A DNA stretch of 63,554 nt, the filler included, from Saprolegnia diclina VS20 (taxonomy: Eukaryota): NCBI RefSeq assembly GCF_000281045.1. It is 10 parts of 3 records of this genome, joined end to end, with 100 filler letters (N's around TTAATTAATTAA, not from the genome) between each part and the next. Parts side by side here need not be neighbours in the genome. Positions count along the whole stretch, not along the records: positions 57,457 to 59,377 come from NW_008246071.1; positions 59,478 to 61,970 come from NW_008246071.1; positions 62,071 to 63,554 come from NW_008246071.1; 7 more parts are not named here. One strand, 5' to 3'. The notes under the pieces were generated by a model, which saw only the letters and a list, made by a program, of their open reading frames with translations, searched no databases and was not told where the DNA came from. Numbering within the stretch: position 1 is the first letter of the stretch; every line of letters starts with the position of its first letter. Both the position numbers and the translations under genes were made by a program. Below, piece by piece: positions 58,323 to 63,554 of the stretch.

Positions 58323-59377
58323 TTACTTTTGGAGGCGCGCGGCGTCGACGACTTGGTCGATCACCGTGAGGTAGCTGCGGGCAAAGTGCGTGTTGAGGTG
58401 CATACCGTAGCACATGACCGGGTACCCTTGGGCGTCGGTAATCATGATTTCGTCGCCGAGCGAGTAGTTGTCGGCGTAGTCGATGAGCGTCGCGCCGGCG
58501 TTCTTGACCATCGCATGCAGCGGGTCGAGGAGCCACTTATACTCGCGGTTGAACTCGGACTTGTACATGGGCTTGGGCATCGTCACCGTGTCGCCCGAGA
58601 TCCACGACGACGGGTTCATGGCTTCGTACTCGGGACTCTGGTCGACGACAAACACCTTGATGCCCATGTCGGTGAGCTCCTTGAGGTCCTTCTCCATGAT
58701 CGACCACATGGCGTTGGTGTCGTGGACCGACTGCTCAGGGCACTGACGTTTCTCGTCGTAGCAGCACCGGGGCGGCGCCTCGTACGGGAGCGAGTCTGGA
58801 CCGGTCGGATGCACGTAATAGTAGTAGTGCTGGACGAGGAGGATCGCTTGGGGCTTGACCGACTTGATCATGGCCAAGTTGGCGTAGTACTCGGCGCGGC
58901 ACGGCATGAGCGGACGCCCAGACCAGCTGTTGATCGCGATCGTGGGAAACGTCGACTCGGTCCCAGCAGCCTTGGCGTCTTCGTAGAGCTGGGCGAGGCG
59001 CGGCTTGGTCATGTCCGAGTGCGAATCACCGAGCACGATGAGGAGGCCGTTGTCCTTCTCGTGGCCTGGGTTGACGAGGAAGACGCCGCCGGGAAGGAAG
59101 TAGTTGTCGCGCGCATGGAAGTCACTAGGGCGGACTATGTCCTTGAAATACGGCGAGTCCTTTGGGCACTCACTCAAGTCCTTTTGCCAGTCGCCGTCGT
59201 AGATGGCCGCCTGCGCCTGCTTGAGCGAGGCGGGGACGTTGCCGCCTGTGAGATTCGCACCGCGCTTCACGACCGGCGGTGCGACGCCGCGCAGACCGCG
59301 CTCCGTCAGCGAAAAATCTGCGGGGTACGTGTGCACCGCCGCTGAGAACGCCGCGAGCGCCACAATGCCGAGCACCA
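58323..59377 (-). CDS. SGNH-like domain, probably the C-terminal part of an acyltransferase-3/SGNH protein (5' end in gap)
   Basis: TM remnant then IVLGDSHS (block I), KVFVVDQSPE, ATLIDYADN and a late His (GMHLN). Confidence 0.68.
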
Positions 59378-59506
59378 NNNNNNNNNNNNNNNNNNNNNNN
59401 NNNNNNNNNNNNNNNNNNNNNTTAATTAATTAANNNNNNNNNNNNNNNNNNNNNNNNNNNNNNNNNNNNNNNNNNNNCAACCTCGAGAGCGCGAGCACCG
59501 TCCAAC

Positions 59507-60762
59507 ATGGCCGCGACAAGCGCCCAAAGTCGCCCGCCATCGACGACCCCGCTCCCAAGAAGCCGCGACACACGAGGTGGGTCCTGCCTCCTACTTCTTT
59601 GGGGCGCAAACGAAGCAATCGACTTGTTTCGTAGCAGCGAAGCGCTGCAAGGCGGCTTTGAGTTTAGCGGCGACCAACCAAGCGGCTTTGAGTTTGGCGA
59701 TGGTCAACACGACGACTTTGAGCTTGGCGGGTGGTCGCCGACCGAAGAGACCAAAGAGCCCGAGTCTCAGGCTTCGAGTCGACCAGGCGGCGCTCCGTCA
59801 CCCGAGATTTCACGTTGCGACTTTGGTTCGACCCGCCGCGACGCGACGGTCTATCCCGATTCTGAAGTCCAGTCGTTCGTCGCCACCCCCGACGAGACCG
59901 AGCTCTCGGGCGCCGAGCAGGTACGCGGGGTTCTGTGGAGCGACCACGGGCTCATGGTGTCTATAGGCGGAGGCTGTGGCCGAGCAGCAGCGTCGCGGCG
60001 CCAAGAAACGCCAGGTAGGCCGCCGTCGCGACGATCCAAGCGTGCACCGTCCCGTACGACGACGTGCCTTCATGTAGGGCCGCCCGCCCGGCAAGGCGAA
60101 AAGCTTGCGTGGACCTGCATTCAGCGCCCGCAAGAAGATGCACCGCATGCCAGCATTGCCCACCGACCGCTGTACGCGCCAGCAAGGACCAGCGCCGGCG
60201 CCGCTGCCGCTGCCACCAGGGCGCCGAGACGAGGGGCTCACGCCCGAGCAGAAGATTGCGCAAAATGCCCGAAGGGACGCTGCTACCAAGGTACGCTTCC
60301 TTTGCTCATGCGTGTGTACCATGTCTGTCTTCGCAGAACACGATGAGACTGAACGAGATCAAGAGACGCGAACAAAAGAGCATCCGGGCTGCGACGCCCG
60401 AGGTGCGATGCTAGACGATAGTATACAGTCGCCGCATGCGTCTTTGGTAGGAGCGCCCAGCGTTGCGCGAGTACCAGCGCACGTGGCCCTCGGTCGGCAC
60501 CTACATCTGCGATTTGTTCCCCAACTCAAAGTGGGTCGATCCCGCTTCGGACGAGCACACGTACGTTTGGTTATATCACGTGCAAGACGGTTGGATACAG
60601 TGCTGGACTAGGTGCAGCATCTGCTTTGATCCCTACGAGCCAAACGACGTCGTCGTGCGCTTGCCGTGCGCGCACGTTTACCATCGCCACTGCCTTCAAG
60701 GTTGGCTCCTCAACCACGACAAATGTCCGCTCTGCATTCGCCCAGTCATCACTTATAAATAG
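59507..60762 (+). CDS. RING-H2 E3 ubiquitin ligase-like protein (multi-exon; 5' structure uncertain)
   Basis: Last exon CSICFDPYEPNDVVVRLPCAHVYHRHCLQGWLLNHDKCPLC; Pro-rich disordered N-terminal part. Confidence 0.8.
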
Positions 60763-61349
60763 TGAAGGACAACAGTATTTGCATTCGATTTTCGATTATT
60801 TGATATTGCATGGGACTCGTTGTTGCATTTTTAATATACTCGTACCGGTGCCCGCTCGTTCATAAAGCGAGCGCCCGGAACCCAGCCTGCCGGCACCGTG
60901 CAAACACCAGGCCTGACCCAGCGCGTGCTTGACACGCTGCTCCATTAGGGTTGTGGGTATTCTTTGCGACAACCATACGAAAACACATACGATTTGCATC
61001 GCGAACGTGTGGAATNNNNNNNNNNNNNNNNNNNNNNNNNNNNNNNNNNNNNNNNNNNNNNNNNNNNNNNNNNNNNNNNNNNNNNNNNNNNNNNNNNNNN
61101 NNNNNNNNNNNNNNNNNNNNNNNNNNNNNNNNNNNNNNNNNNNNNNNNNNNNNNNNNNNNNNNNNNNNNNNNNNNNNNNNNNNNNNNNNNNNNNNNNNNN
61201 NNNNNNNNNNNNNNNNNNNNNNNNNNNNNNNNNNNNNNNNNNAGGAGGCGCTGGGTGCGGATGGCCGACATAATGAGCGGTGTCCCGGCACCGAGCCCGA
61301 CGTGGTGGTGCCACGACGCGTGAAGCAGCGATTGGTACGTGGGTTGCAC

Positions 61350-61640
61350 TTGCGTCCCAACACGTAGCGCGTCAGCATCTGTTGCACAGTCTTCGGTGGA
61401 ATCACGACCACCGCCGTGTGGTGCCAGAGGAGCGAGGCCATGACGAAGGAGGCTAAGAGGCGCCGGCCTTTCAGCGTTCGCGCCCGGTAGCCCCAGTGCT
61501 GGAAGCTCCCGTGTATCGGTCGGAGATAAGCTGCACTTGGTACGCGGGGTCGACGCGGTTGCCCACGTAGATTCCGAAGAAGCGCACGGGCGTGCCGGCC
61601 GGCGGAAAGTTGAGGATCGGTGCTGCCGCCGGGACGACGA
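61350..61640 (-). mobile_element. L1/Tx1-clade non-LTR retrotransposon RT C-terminal fragment, frameshifted
   Basis: VRFFGIYVG (YLG-like box), then WGYRARTLKGRRLLASFVMASLLWHHTAV..P, matching the W..R.L...GR..L....S.LW thumb pattern. Confidence 0.6.
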
Positions 61641-61682
61641 TCACGACGGGCGACAGCGCTGCGGCATCGTCGACCGCGGCGC

Positions 61683-61928
61683 AACGGCCGGGTCCGTTTC
61701 GTCGGCGCCAATCGAGACGACGCGGCGCTCGGCCCGGCGGCACGCTGCCCGCGCGACGTGCAAGTGGCACGACGTCAAGCCGCCACCGCTCGGCAAAATG
61801 AAGTTGCGCAGCGGCTCGAGATGCTCGTCCATTTCGTCGATCCAGTTTTCGAGCAGCGTGACGTTGATCGGGTCAAACTGGGCGCGGCGGATTTTGCTTT
61901 TGCCGGCCGAACTCAATTGCGTGGCCAC
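61683..61928 (-). pseudogene. MMAB: Internal fragment of ATP:cob(I)alamin adenosyltransferase (PduO/MMAB type)
   Basis: [42 protein letters not shown]; the expected YLNRLSDYLF ending is missing. Confidence 0.8.
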
Positions 61929-63554
61929 GAGAATCGCCGAGCTCGAGATCGCGCTCGCGAACAAGACGCCNNNNNNNNNNNNNNNNNNNNNNNNNNNNNN
62001 NNNNNNNNNNNNNNTTAATTAATTAANNNNNNNNNNNNNNNNNNNNNNNNNNNNNNNNNNNNNNNNNNNNACGCATACACTATTTGGAATGTGCCACATT
62101 GGAAGCGGCCACGTGGTCCGCAAGCAGGCGAACCTTCCATACGTTGCATCCAAACAGAAGTCGCATCATCTGATTGGGCGAGAGGGACGTATATGGGCCA
62201 TAAATCGCTGCTTTCTATTGGTGGAACCTTAATAGTGTGACGCATGACGCAGGCAACGTGTCCAGCCGGGAAGCGCGCCGCGGCTCTTGCTCACGTGCTC
62301 AGCGCGTCGCAGTCATCAGTTCCGACCAACCTGTGCTCGAATCTTGCATGATGATTGTGCAAAGCTTTATATATTGACTGATGAATACGATATATGACTA
62401 TGGTAGCTTATAATGTGCTTTGCAGGCGTTGTGCATCTCGATCCTGCCGCCAACCACATCTTCTCGCACACGGCGGGTATGATTGCTTGCCTACCTTCGC
62501 GACGACAAGAAGAGGACACGTCCCGTCGCATGCCTTCTTGCACGCTCGGTCCAATCGGTACCACGTGTAGAGGCCGACTTCGCACGTGGCGGCCAACTTG
62601 TCGAGTTGTTGAGGGTGACTTGACGCCGGGGCATGTTCTTGTCATCGCGCTTGCGCTTCTTGCACCGAGTCGTCGGGGGACGTACTTGTGTGTTGCAAGT
62701 AGTCGCGCGGTTTACTTCAACGTCGATGAGTTGACTTGACTGCATGTGAGCCACATCGCAGAGACACACGTCCACAGAGCCTTGGTCTGGTAGACGCTGA
62801 GCGCGCTGTACAGCAGCAGTATCAAGCGCAGCCGGTTGGGAGCTGACAGTGGATGAAAAGCCCTTGCGCGCCGTTTGCATCGTCGTCAAGGCGTCGCGGA
62901 TGCCGCCGAAAGAGGTGCGACTTGGATGCGAGACGACGGCGATCGCGGGGCGTACGGGCAGTGCACCGTGTGCTGCCGGCGGATGCCGCAGAGGATGCAG
63001 ACCGGAACTCCATTCGGTGCTACGACCCGAGTCTTCGGGCCCGGTCGATCCGCTCGGACTCGCGCTCGGACGTTGCGCGTGCGCTCTTCCATCTCTGTGT
63101 GGCTCTGAGGCACTGAGACTCTCGCCAGGAAATTAGAAGTCGCGTCCAATGAATGTGCAGAAACCAGAAGTCTCCGCCAGTCATATTGATTATATCATTT
63201 CTTAGCCATCTGATTGGTAAAAAAAGGCTCAGAGGGGTAGGTCTAGAGTTTGTCGGGTTGCAATTACTTGGTTAATACAAATTTGAAGTCTAATTTATGG
63301 ATAAGGCCCTTGTCGTGCTACCAGCCACGAGAGCGCAGTGCTGGTGTGTAGCAGCTTAAACATACAACGAGTGCCCGGTTTCCCAGCGGCTGCACCTGTT
63401 TCCTTCCTTCTCTTTTCTCTCGCGCCGTGTCCATAAAATTTTAGATTGCAACATTTATGGTGCATTCGCCCGCAAGAATGGTCTGTAAATGTCGGGACGA
63501 TCTTGTGGAGAGCCAATCATCACACTATATCTATAGAGTGGTCAAATACTGTTG

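Noticed and set aside
59653..59728. 30-bp imperfect coding repeat (GFEF) and the ESKP repeat at ~43393-43450
   Set aside because: Ordinary low-complexity repeats in disordered protein regions.
27838..61928. Propionate/B12 pathway cluster (carboxylase tail plus MMAB fragment)
   Set aside because: 34 kb apart across several artificial linkers, and both are fragments.
24703..62026. TTAATTAATTAA palindromes as biological repeats
   Set aside because: Always centred in fixed-length N runs; an assembly linker with stops in six frames.
62071..63554. Coding or RNA genes in the last contig
   Set aside because: Fragmentary ORFs with no convincing motif; no tRNA or rRNA signature recognised anywhere in the window.

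Overview
Eukaryotic, GC-rich, gene-dense DNA with very short (~40-60 nt) GT-AG introns. Gene content and gene-family style point to a Saprolegniales-type oomycete (inference). The window is a pseudo-scaffold: from ~24.7 kb on, contigs are joined by 100-bp N/TTAATTAATTAA/N linkers, so adjacency across those joins is unproven. Genes: cystinosin; a head-to-head pair of miniature IP3/ryanodine-receptor-type channels; an LCLAT/AGPAT acyltransferase; a SUMO-like/BTB protein; a Cys3His-motif protein; a folate-biopterin transporter; WDR78/DNAI4; an Old Yellow Enzyme; a VWA gene plus a damaged copy; an INPP4 phosphatase; a DUF4392 protein; a multidomain FYVE formin; several multi-TM paralogs; a deleted glycosyltransferase; a triad-less secreted protease; an SGNH domain; and a RING-H2 ligase. 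Mobile relics include pogo-DDE joined to OTU, RTE, Copia and L1/Tx1. Best leads: (1) the ~950-1050 aa mini-IP3R pair, which lacks the IP3-binding region and has a homogenised C-terminus; (2) a 68-bp duplication in one paralog that could be spliced as a new intron; (3) two unrelated palindromes sharing one architecture, a single-A centre with tip-proximal tandem repeats; (4) apparent presence/absence haplotypes for the DUF4392 gene with a piggyBac-like breakpoint; (5) an OTU-pogo chimera; (6) a secreted pseudo-protease. All family calls come from motif recognition by eye; no database searches were run.
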